Source: Bacteriovoracaceae bacterium (GTDB taxonomy: Bacteria; Bdellovibrionota; Bacteriovoracia; Bacteriovoracales; Bacteriovoracaceae). From it: a stretch of DNA of 64,000 nt. Below, one piece after another: positions 54,947 through 63,501 of this stretch. The notes below the pieces were generated by a model that saw nothing but the letters and a program-made list of their open reading frames with translations, did no database searches and was not told the DNA's origin. The position numbers were made by a program, and so were the translations under genes. The stretch spans positions 13,438-77,437 of the forward strand of contig JAOHMI010000002.1 of assembly GCA_028101965.1 (NCBI GenBank), written 5' to 3'. How positions within the stretch are numbered: position 1 is the stretch's first letter; each line of letters starts with the position of its first letter.

Positions 54947-56203
54947 TTATGACTTCGGACTAAAAATGCCCTCAACCTTTTTTAATTCATCGCAATCAAT
55001 GAGCATTGCGCGAGCCTTGTTTAGACCAACAATTTCAAAAAATAATAAATTTATTAATGAGATAAAAATAATTTCGGATGATATTTCTGGGTAATATTCA
55101 CCAATCATCATGGCCAAGACAACGATGACAGTGTCTTGAGCTAAGACACCTCTTCCTAGAAATTGAAAATGATTGGGGGTTTTAAAAAAGAAAAGGGTTA
55201 TTTGCTTTGCCAGTAAGAATTGAATAAAAGCAAAGCGTAGTGTTATAAAAAGGGCGGCTAATCCGATGATCTCAAAAGAGGGGATAGATATGTTGCTTGA
55301 GGCGACAACTAAAACAATTGCTAAAATTGGTTGTCTTTGTGCTTGTATTATTTTGGCCAATTTATCAGCATCCTTATAGAGCTTGCTAACCATAATTCCC
55401 ATGAGGACGTTGATAAGAAGAACACCACATCCTAAATGGAAGCCAAGTCCGGCCGCAAAGAAGACTCCACCAAGTGTGGCCAGAATGATTCTATTTTCTT
55501 GGTTTGATTTTCCAATGAATTGAGTGAGTAAAAAACCTAATAGGGGTCCAATGGCCAGCATAGAAAGAGTGACAATCGCATGAGTTGAAGTAACTTGGTG
55601 ATCAGTGAAACCGGAAAAAAGTTGAGTGGAAAAAGTAAGTAGTCCTAAAGCTATAATGACCCAAAATTGAAGAGCATTATTAACTTGATTGATAAAGGGA
55701 AAGACCACTCCAGATGATTTAACATCTTTTGTGGTGAAGAAGTGAATTAATCCTGAAGAGTAGGGAAAAACAAATGATAAAAATAATATTAAATAATAAT
55801 ATCTCGATTGATAAAAATCTTCGATACTGTTTATACCAAAATATTTCCTCCCCACAATAAAGAAAAGTGAGACAAACATCATAAAAAATAAACCAGAGCT
55901 AAAAATATAAATAATAAAGGTTTTTGATATTAAATATTTTTCGGTTTTTGAGGGGAGTAGTTTAAGTCCAATCCAAAATGAAAGAGAAGAACCTAAAATA
56001 TAAGCTAGAATTTTAAGTGAGCTCATTCCATCCGCACTAACCAGGGCATTGTTAAAATTTGGACCAAGTAATGTTCCAAGTATGAAGAAAACACTTATTT
56101 TGACGAAGCTGCTATTTCGGCCAAAATAATTCACTAGCTTGGAGGCGGCGAAGGCCAAAATGATAATTAGGGTAAATATGAGAGAGGTGCTAATTCCTTG
56201 CAA
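54947..56203 (-). CDS. CPA-type cation/proton antiporter-like membrane protein
   Basis: FFILGTLLGPNF and SLSFWIGLKL resemble CPA motifs. The protein is polytopic and 418 aa long. Its stop is 2 nt from the start of the downstream gene. Confidence 0.6.
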   Translation of the reverse strand: MQGISTSLIFTLIIILAFAASKLVNYFGRNSSFVKISVFFILGTLLGPNFNNALVSADGMSSLKILAYILGSSLSFWIGLKLLPSKTEKYLISKTFIIYIFSSGLFFMMFVSLFFIVGRKYFGINSIEDFYQSRYYYLILFLSFVFPYSSGLIHFFTTKDVKSSGVVFPFINQVNNALQFWVIIALGLLTFSTQLFSGFTDHQVTSTHAIVTLSMLAIGPLLGFLLTQFIGKSNQENRIILATLGGVFFAAGLGFHLGCGVLLINVLMGIMVSKLYKDADKLAKIIQAQRQPILAIVLVVASSNISIPSFEIIGLAALFITLRFAFIQFLLAKQITLFFFKTPNHFQFLGRGVLAQDTVIVVLAMMIGEYYPEISSEIIFISLINLLFFEIVGLNKARAMLIDCDELKKVEGIFSPKS

Positions 56204-56290
56204 ACCAATCCTTCGTTTTGAACATTATATATTATAGATAATATTTTATTATAGAGAAGGTTAGTCGGGATTAAGGGGGGAGAGTTTGCC

Positions 56291-57553
56291 TTAGGTCAGG
56301 GCTTTGATTTTATTCATATAAGCATTCTTCATGGCCAATTCAAATTCATCATTGTCTTTATACTCAAATCCAAAAACTGGTTTCCAATGCCGTTTGTTTT
56401 CCATGCAGAGGTAAAAGAAGACTTGATCGTGCCAAGGAGCGAAGTTGTCATAAACCATACGAAAGAGCTTGTGTTTAATTTCATCCGGGTAACTTAGCTT
56501 TCCGTCCGCTTCTACCATAGGCATTTGAAGAACTTTAGAAGGGACTTTCTTCTGACGAATTTCTTTAATAACTGAAGGGGTGAAAGTGAGCGTTCCTAAA
56601 GAAATTAAGGCAACTTTGTTCACATCAAAAGTATTCACAATGCGTTTAACAATGGCCGCGTATTCTTGTTCACAATTATCAAAATAAAACATGGGATGAA
56701 AATGAAATCCAACTAAGTGGCCTTTATCCGCAAGTTTTCTGGCGCTTCTTAATCTTTCTTCCAGGGAGGCAGTATACAATTCTTCATTTTGAATCACCAC
56801 ATCTGGATTCATGGTCCAGGTAAAGAGAAGATTTTTAGGAAGATCAGTCTCCAGAAGAAACTTAATATTTTTACTTTTAGTTTTCAGCTCTAAAATGACA
56901 TTTGGATGCTTGCGGGCCCAATTAAAAAGTGTTTCAAGATTTCCATTCTTATTTCCCCACAATAGGGAGTCAGAACTTTGTCCGGTTCCAATATGGTAAG
57001 TTAGGTTTGGGTCTATGGGAATAGCATCTAATTTTTGCTCTAAGTTTTCTTCCATAAGAATAGTATCTTGGCCTTCATAAAAAGATTGAATTGAACAGTA
57101 GGTACAACCAAAGGCACAGTTGAGGGCCACATCAAGAGTTTGCAAATTGCAGCACAAAGTTTTATCGGAATAAACAGGGCAAGTGGAAATAATTTTACTC
57201 TCTGTATCGGCAACTCCAAAAGATAAAGCACTATCTCTCGTTAGTTTTTTTTCAGGAACTTCGTAAGTTTTCTTTTGCGGATCTTTTAAACTTTCCACAT
57301 ATTTTTTTATTTGGTTAAAAAATAATTTCTTATTAAGTTTCTTATGTTGTGAGAAATCCAAGTGACTGAGAGGTTTTTCTTGCCACATTTTAATATCGCG
57401 ACTGTATTCAAGAATAATTTTAATCTGCTGAAAAGATAAATTCAGTTCATTAGAGTAACTTTCGAGCCAGGATTTTTCTTTGGCAGGAATTTCGTTCTCA
57501 AATGGAATCGTTTTTAGGGCCGAAGCGAATTTTTCAATTGCTTGAGTTGTCAT
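56291..57553 (-). CDS. Radical SAM protein, spore-photoproduct-lyase/DNA-photolyase-like (COG1533-like), with an N-terminal extension
   Basis: NCAFGCTYCSIQ is a CxxxCxxC cluster. The overall resemblance to SplB-like proteins is from memory. The start shares 1 nt with the hemN stop (TAATG). Confidence 0.5.
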   Translation of the reverse strand: MTTQAIEKFASALKTIPFENEIPAKEKSWLESYSNELNLSFQQIKIILEYSRDIKMWQEKPLSHLDFSQHKKLNKKLFFNQIKKYVESLKDPQKKTYEVPEKKLTRDSALSFGVADTESKIISTCPVYSDKTLCCNLQTLDVALNCAFGCTYCSIQSFYEGQDTILMEENLEQKLDAIPIDPNLTYHIGTGQSSDSLLWGNKNGNLETLFNWARKHPNVILELKTKSKNIKFLLETDLPKNLLFTWTMNPDVVIQNEELYTASLEERLRSARKLADKGHLVGFHFHPMFYFDNCEQEYAAIVKRIVNTFDVNKVALISLGTLTFTPSVIKEIRQKKVPSKVLQMPMVEADGKLSYPDEIKHKLFRMVYDNFAPWHDQVFFYLCMENKRHWKPVFGFEYKDNDEFELAMKNAYMNKIKALT

Positions 57554-58926
57554 TAATGAGTCCTGGAAAATCGAATTTGTTCTGATTTTTCAAATAAGTG
57601 AGAATCAAAACAGCGTGCGATATTTCTTAAAAAATCTTCTCCGCGACCGGTGACCTTAAGTTCATCTTTATCTATTGATATCAACTCATCTTGCTTAAGT
57701 TGATCCAGCTCTTTATGAGAGAAATGAATAAAATCAGCAGTGAATTGCTCTTTATTGATGAGAGAAATATCGGCTTCATAGTTACACATAATATCTTGGA
57801 TAATTTTATCAATAATTTTGTCTGTCTCTGAAAGAGTGTGTCCGTAGTAGAAAGGAAGTTCATTTTTATCTATTCTTTCATAATAATCATTGAGAACTTT
57901 TTCATTTTGAATGAAATGATCTGAAGAATTTGAGATGGCCGAGACGCCTAACCCTAAAAGAATTCGGCTTTTCTTGTCCACATATCCCATGAAGTTACGA
58001 TATAATTTATTGTTCTTTTTTGCTTGGTAAAGAAAGCTTGAGGATTTGGCAAAATGATCCAATCCTATCGAGTGATAGTCATTTTTATTAAATAGCTTGC
58101 AAGCATTTTCAAAAATTTCAAACTTTACTTCTTTGGTCGGTAGAAATTGTTCAGGAATTGCTTTTTGGACTTTGATTTTAGCAGGTAAATGAGCATAGAG
58201 GTAAAAGGCAATTAAATCTGGTTCGAGCTCTATTACTTGCTCAACAGTTCTTTGATTATTCTTGATGGTCTGATGGGGTAAACCATATATTAGATCAAAG
58301 TTAAGTGAATCAAATTTACGTTTGCGAATTTCACTAGTTAATTTTTCCACTAAAGAAAATGGTTGAATTCGATTTACACTTTCTTGCACCTGGGGGTCAA
58401 AGTCTTGGACTCCAAAACTGAGGCGAGAAAAGCCGTATTCTTTTAAAACATCGAGAAGTTCAACATCGAACTCACGCGGATCAATTTCAATGGACCCAAT
58501 AAAACTCTGAGTAAAATGGGGCTTAAAGTTATCTAAAAGCTGACTCATTTGAGTGGGAGTTAAAAATGAAGGTGTTCCTCCTCCAAAATGAAGCGAGTTA
58601 ATCTTGATGTCGCCTAGGCTATCGAGGTATAACCGCCATTCCTTTGCCACAGCTAATATATATTTGTCTGAACGAGTCTTATCTTTTGTGATGAGCTTAT
58701 TGCAACCACAAAAATAGCAAAGTGTGTCGCAAAAGGGGATATGAATATACAAATCAATACCTTCTGGAGTGTGCAGAAGGTTAGACTTAAGAGAGTTTCT
58801 CCAGGCTTCTTGGTTCGTTAACCCCTTCCAAAAAGGAAATGGTGGATAGCTCGTGTACCTAGGAGCGTTCATGGCATATTTCTGCAAAAGCTGCCATTTA
58901 TCCTGGCGTTCCGGTGTTATATTCAT
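57553..58926 (-). CDS. hemN: Oxygen-independent coproporphyrinogen III oxidase (radical SAM)
   Basis: YIHIPFCDTLCYFCGCN, HFGGGTPS and a HemN-like C-terminal domain. Confidence 0.9.
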   Translation of the reverse strand: MNITPERQDKWQLLQKYAMNAPRYTSYPPFPFWKGLTNQEAWRNSLKSNLLHTPEGIDLYIHIPFCDTLCYFCGCNKLITKDKTRSDKYILAVAKEWRLYLDSLGDIKINSLHFGGGTPSFLTPTQMSQLLDNFKPHFTQSFIGSIEIDPREFDVELLDVLKEYGFSRLSFGVQDFDPQVQESVNRIQPFSLVEKLTSEIRKRKFDSLNFDLIYGLPHQTIKNNQRTVEQVIELEPDLIAFYLYAHLPAKIKVQKAIPEQFLPTKEVKFEIFENACKLFNKNDYHSIGLDHFAKSSSFLYQAKKNNKLYRNFMGYVDKKSRILLGLGVSAISNSSDHFIQNEKVLNDYYERIDKNELPFYYGHTLSETDKIIDKIIQDIMCNYEADISLINKEQFTADFIHFSHKELDQLKQDELISIDKDELKVTGRGEDFLRNIARCFDSHLFEKSEQIRFSRTH

Positions 58927-59139
58927 GAAGCATAATTAGCTTATATATGAAGAAATGTCACTTAAAGCTGAAAATACTTTACTATTCCGAGGGTAAAAAA
59001 TGGATGGGTAAATAGGCACTATACTTGTATAATTCGATGGACAGAGCCGTCGACAGAAAATACAATATCAAGTCGTAAGCAAAAGTTTAAATTTAATTAA
59101 AATTTACCAATATCATAAGAAACTAAAGGATTCGATTTT

Positions 59140-60972
59140 ATGCAAGAATTAGACAGTGTCATTGTTCGCTTTGCTGGAGACTCCGGGGACGGGATGCAGC
59201 TAGCTGGAACTCAATTTTCAAACACCTCTGCCATTATGGGGAACGATATTTCCACATTCCCTGATTTCCCTGCGGAAATTCGGGCACCAAGAGGGACTGA
59301 GGCCGGAGTCTCTGGTTTTCAGGTACATATTGGAGCGAAGGAGATTCATACTCCTGGGGATGCTCCATATATTCTAGTGGCCATGAATCCTGCCGCATTC
59401 AAGGTTAACTTAAAAGACCTTGAGCAAGGGGGAATCCTTATTGCTAACACAGATGAGTTTACAGACAAGAACCTTGAAAAACTTGATATGACAGGAACGG
59501 TTCTTGATTCACCAATGGTAGAACCTTATAAAGTTGTTCGGGCAGCGATCACAAGCCAGACGGTGGAAGCGCTTAAAGAATTGGATTTGGATAATAAATC
59601 CAAAGAGAGATGTAAAAACTTTTATGCTCTTGGATTAATATACTATATGCTTCATCGAGAAATTGACCCTACCTTAAAGTGGATTAGAGAAAAATTTGCT
59701 GGAAAAGATACATTAATTCAAGCGAACGAAACTGCTCTTAAAGCTGGATTTAACTTTGGTGATACCATTGAAGAATCAGTCAGTCGGTTTAAAATTCCAG
59801 CGGCAAAAATTCAACCTGGAACTTATAAACAAATTAATGGAAATACAGCGACAGCTTGGGGCTTTATTCAAGCAGCCCAAACTTCAGGGCGAGAGTTGTT
59901 TTTAGGATCATATCCTATTACTCCAGCATCTGATATTTTACATGAACTAAGTAAAAGAAAAGATTTTAACGTAAAGACTTTTCAAGCTGAGGATGAAATT
60001 GCGGGAATTTGTACCTCTATCGGTGCAGCTTTTTCTGGAGCATTGGCCATTACTTCAACTTCTGGACCAGGAATGGCGCTTAAAGGTGAAGCGATGGGAT
60101 TGGCCATGATGTACGAGCTTCCTTTAGTTATCATAAATGTTCAACGTGGTGGACCTTCAACTGGTCTTCCCACCAAAACAGAGCAGTCCGATTTAATGCA
60201 AGCCTTCTATGGTCGAAATGGAGAGTCTCCTGTGGCAATTGTAGCGGCATCTAGACCTGCTGACTGTTTTCACATGGCTTATGAAGCTTCTCGATTAGCT
60301 TTAGAACATATGACTCCAGTGATATTATTAACTGATGGTTATATTGCTAACGGTGCGGAGCCTTGGAGACTACCTGATTTAGATAAGGATTATTCAACGA
60401 TCAATACTACCGTAGTTAAAGATGGCGACTATAACGATAAAGAGTTTTTAGCCTATGAAAGAAACGCTGAAACTTATGCTCGCCCATGGGCACTTCCTGG
60501 AACACCAGGTTTAGAGCATCGATTAGGTGGTTTGGAAAAGAAAAGTGGAACTGGAAACATTTCTTATGATCCTGCCAATCACGAAGCCATGTGCTTTGAG
60601 AGAAGAGATAAAATTCTAAAAATGCAAAACTCTATTCCTGAGTTAGAACTGGAAGGTGAAGACTCTGGTGATGTTCTGGTGGTTAGCTGGGGAGGAACTT
60701 ACGGTGCCGTTACTCAAGCCGTGAGTAAATTACAAAAAGAAGGGAAGAAAATATCTTTAGCCCATTTAAGATACATCAATCCTTTTCCTAAGAACTTTGA
60801 AAGTACTTTAAAGAACTTTAAAAAGATTCTAGTTCCTGAATTAAACTTAGGTCAGCTAGTGAACATTATGAATGCCGAGTTCCGTTGTGATGCTCATGGG
60901 ATTAATAAAGTTCAAGGATTACCATTTAAAATTTCAGAACTAGTTGAAGCATTTAATAAAGAGCTTAATTAA
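59140..60972 (+). CDS. korA: 2-oxoglutarate/2-oxoacid:ferredoxin oxidoreductase alpha subunit (fused gamma-alpha type)
   Basis: RFAGDSGDGMQLAG, GSYPITPASDIL and TSGPGMALKGE motifs. Confidence 0.85.
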   Translation: MQELDSVIVRFAGDSGDGMQLAGTQFSNTSAIMGNDISTFPDFPAEIRAPRGTEAGVSGFQVHIGAKEIHTPGDAPYILVAMNPAAFKVNLKDLEQGGILIANTDEFTDKNLEKLDMTGTVLDSPMVEPYKVVRAAITSQTVEALKELDLDNKSKERCKNFYALGLIYYMLHREIDPTLKWIREKFAGKDTLIQANETALKAGFNFGDTIEESVSRFKIPAAKIQPGTYKQINGNTATAWGFIQAAQTSGRELFLGSYPITPASDILHELSKRKDFNVKTFQAEDEIAGICTSIGAAFSGALAITSTSGPGMALKGEAMGLAMMYELPLVIINVQRGGPSTGLPTKTEQSDLMQAFYGRNGESPVAIVAASRPADCFHMAYEASRLALEHMTPVILLTDGYIANGAEPWRLPDLDKDYSTINTTVVKDGDYNDKEFLAYERNAETYARPWALPGTPGLEHRLGGLEKKSGTGNISYDPANHEAMCFERRDKILKMQNSIPELELEGEDSGDVLVVSWGGTYGAVTQAVSKLQKEGKKISLAHLRYINPFPKNFESTLKNFKKILVPELNLGQLVNIMNAEFRCDAHGINKVQGLPFKISELVEAFNKELN

Positions 60973-60992
60973 AAATTAACAAGGAATTAGAT

Positions 60993-62006
60993 ATGTCAGA
61001 ACAACCTACGTATAAAAAGAAAGATTTTGTTTCAGATCAAGAGGTTCGATGGTGCCCAGGATGTGGTGATTATGCCATTTTATCATCTGTTCAACTTGCG
61101 CTTACTAAACTCGGCCGTAAAAAAGAAGAGTTTGTGTTCGTTTCAGGGATTGGATGCTCTTCACGTTTCCCTTACTATATGAATACTTATGGTCTTCATA
61201 CAATCCATGGGAGAGCTCCTGCACTTGCTTCGGGAATTAAAACTCAAAACCCAGACTTATCAGTTTGGATTATAACAGGGGACGGAGATGGTTTATCCAT
61301 CGGTGGTAACCATTTAATTCATGTGGTTCGGCGAAATTTAGATGTTAATATTCTTCTTTTCAATAACGAAATCTATGGACTTACTAAGGGACAATACTCG
61401 CCAACTTCTAATCAAGGTTTGGTAACGAAGTCTACACCTCAGGGATCCATCGATCGACCATTTCAACCAGCTCCTCTTCTTTTAGGAGCACGATCAAGTT
61501 TTTATGCACGTACATTGGATACAGATCCAAAACATATGCAACAAATGTTTACTCGTTCTTATAATCATAAAGGAACTTCCTTTGTAGAGATCTTCCAAAA
61601 CTGCGTTATTTTTAATGATAAAATTCATGAGCAATTCACAAATCGAGCAAGCCGTGATGATACCACTATTCGAGTTGAACATGGCCAGCCAATGATCTTT
61701 GGTAAAGAGAAAAACAAAGGTATTATTTTAAAAGATGTTAAACCTGAAGTTGTGACTATTGGAGAAAATGGTGTGACTGAAGCAGATCTTTTAGTTCACG
61801 ATGAAACCAATCCCTTCATTGCCAATCTTTTAGCTCATGCTAATGATTTTGGTCTTCCCGTGCCTTACGGTGTTCTTTACTGCGCTAAAGATGAAGCTTG
61901 CTATGAAGAGGGTGTTCATAGTCAAATCAATGCAGTGATTGACAAGAAAGGAAAGGGCGATATGAAGAAGCTTCTTTTCTCAGGAGAAACTATTACAGTA
62001 GACTAG
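60993..62006 (+). CDS. korB: 2-oxoglutarate/2-oxoacid:ferredoxin oxidoreductase beta subunit (TPP-binding)
   Basis: WCPGCGDY, GIGCSSR, GDGDGLSIGGNH and NNEIYGLTKGQ. Confidence 0.9.
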   Translation: MSEQPTYKKKDFVSDQEVRWCPGCGDYAILSSVQLALTKLGRKKEEFVFVSGIGCSSRFPYYMNTYGLHTIHGRAPALASGIKTQNPDLSVWIITGDGDGLSIGGNHLIHVVRRNLDVNILLFNNEIYGLTKGQYSPTSNQGLVTKSTPQGSIDRPFQPAPLLLGARSSFYARTLDTDPKHMQQMFTRSYNHKGTSFVEIFQNCVIFNDKIHEQFTNRASRDDTTIRVEHGQPMIFGKEKNKGIILKDVKPEVVTIGENGVTEADLLVHDETNPFIANLLAHANDFGLPVPYGVLYCAKDEACYEEGVHSQINAVIDKKGKGDMKKLLFSGETITVD

Positions 62007-62058
62007 AAGTCCTTAATTTTAGGAAAACTAAGCAAAGAAATTTCCTCTATTTTATAAT

Positions 62059-62102
62059 AACTCCCTTATTGATTAGAATAGTTAATAAGGGAGTTTTTTT
62101 AT
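62059..62102 (+). terminator. Rho-independent terminator after korB
   Basis: 12-bp stem AACTCCCTTATT...AATAAGGGAGTT followed by TTTTTTTA. Confidence 0.8.
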
Positions 62103-62350
62103 TTGGGGCCTAAAATGAGGCTTAGATTAACTCTATTGATTCTGTTTCTTTTCTTTATTTTTAATACATTTGGTTTTCAAGGTAATGAAATCATTGACCA
62201 TGCTAAAAGTGTACTTCATTTGGGAGTATAATGAGTAAAATTGGTCGTACTCATAACTTTTTACTCAAGATTTTTTCGATGGAGATCTCTTTTGTCAGTT
62301 AATTTTTTTCACTTATTTCAAATATTAATTTTCGAAAATTTTGTTACAAT

Positions 62351-62385
62351 AAAGTCAAAGGCTTAATTTTATTATTTTTGACTTT
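62351..62385. promoter_or_regulatory. 9-bp inverted repeat AAAGTCAAA-N17-TTTGACTTT upstream of ORF 62405
   Basis: Read directly from the sequence. The right arm ends 20 nt before the ATG. Confidence 0.25.
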
Positions 62386-62404
62386 AAAATCACAAGGAAG
62401 TGTA

Positions 62405-62962
62405 ATGTCTAATTTAAAAAACCTACCACTCATTATTTTTTTAGTTTCTTTTATCGTCGGTTCGAGAGCCGAAGCAAAGTTTTTAAATATTCAATATAGT
62501 GTATTAGAGTCAGCTCCAATTATCGGAGTGGGGTTGGGAAATTTCTCGCTATCTTACATGACCGTTTCAGAGTCAAGTAAAACAGGTAGTCTGGAGATCG
62601 AAGGAACGCGAACTGATATTCGTTTGGATTACTGGCCAAGTGGGGCTTTTATGGATAGTTGGTATATTGGTGCGGCTAGTTCAACTATTACAGTAGATAT
62701 AAATTATTCTTCAGACACGCTTAATACAACTACTTTTGAAGTTGAAGAAATTGATTATGAAGGATCGGGAACTGCAACTGGTACAGTCTTTTTTGTGGGT
62801 TACCATTGGCAATGGAGTTATTTAAACCTCGCTTTGGGAGCGTACGCTGGGTCTTATAGTAGTGGAACATTTGAAGTTGAGTCAGACACTGGTGAAACAG
62901 AAAACCAAACGGCACCGATTACTGCTTCTGGTGGCGAGGTAAAAATTGGTATCGCTTTTTAA
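62405..62962 (+). CDS. Secreted beta-barrel-like protein
   Basis: ATG at 62405 after AAGGAAG. Signal peptide. The C-terminus is ...EVKIGIAF. Confidence 0.45.
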   Translation: MSNLKNLPLIIFLVSFIVGSRAEAKFLNIQYSVLESAPIIGVGLGNFSLSYMTVSESSKTGSLEIEGTRTDIRLDYWPSGAFMDSWYIGAASSTITVDINYSSDTLNTTTFEVEEIDYEGSGTATGTVFFVGYHWQWSYLNLALGAYAGSYSSGTFEVESDTGETENQTAPITASGGEVKIGIAF

Positions 62963-62974
62963 GGGAATTAAAAA

Positions 62975-63373
62975 ATGAATTGTCCCAAATGTAAAAATAT
63001 TGAAATGGAATTAATTGAAGTGGAACAAGTGGAATTCGATTTTTGTAATAATGGTTGTCTTGGCTTATGGTGTGAGAAGGGCGAATTAGCGTTTTACGTA
63101 ACTTCGGCTAATGATCTTCCTTTTAATCATGAATTAAAACATGCTAAATCTACCGAATTAAATTGTCCTCACTGCGAAAACGAAAAATTAGTGGAAGTGA
63201 AATACGATAACGATAATGATTTGTGGTTGGACTTTTGTCATACCTGTCATGGAATCTTTTTAGATCAAGGGGAGCTAGGAAAAGTACAAAAAAGTGTCAG
63301 TCGAATTCCCTTTAAATTTCGCTATAATTTAGCGATCAAGCAATTGAAAGACATGGGTTATACCATTAAATAG
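62975..63373 (+). CDS. Protein with two TFIIB-type zinc-ribbon (zf-TFIIB-like) modules
   Basis: MNCPKCKN...FCNNGCLGLWCEKGEL and LNCPHCEN...FCHTCHGIFLDQGELGKV. Confidence 0.6.
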   Translation: MNCPKCKNIEMELIEVEQVEFDFCNNGCLGLWCEKGELAFYVTSANDLPFNHELKHAKSTELNCPHCENEKLVEVKYDNDNDLWLDFCHTCHGIFLDQGELGKVQKSVSRIPFKFRYNLAIKQLKDMGYTIK

Positions 63374-63501
63374 GTTTTTACTTGATTCGAATAGTCTTGA
63401 TTCACTGCTCGTGAATCTAAAATGATTTATCTTTTACTGCAATTCCCATTAAAAAATTGTTATCTTTATAGTGTTAATAAATATTTTAAAAGGTGAACTT
63501 T

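Noticed and set aside
63399-63417. Hairpin GATTCAC-TGCTC-GTGAATC after the double zinc-ribbon gene, considered as a terminator
   Set aside because: It has a 7-bp stem but is followed by TAAAATG rather than a T-run, so the support is weak.
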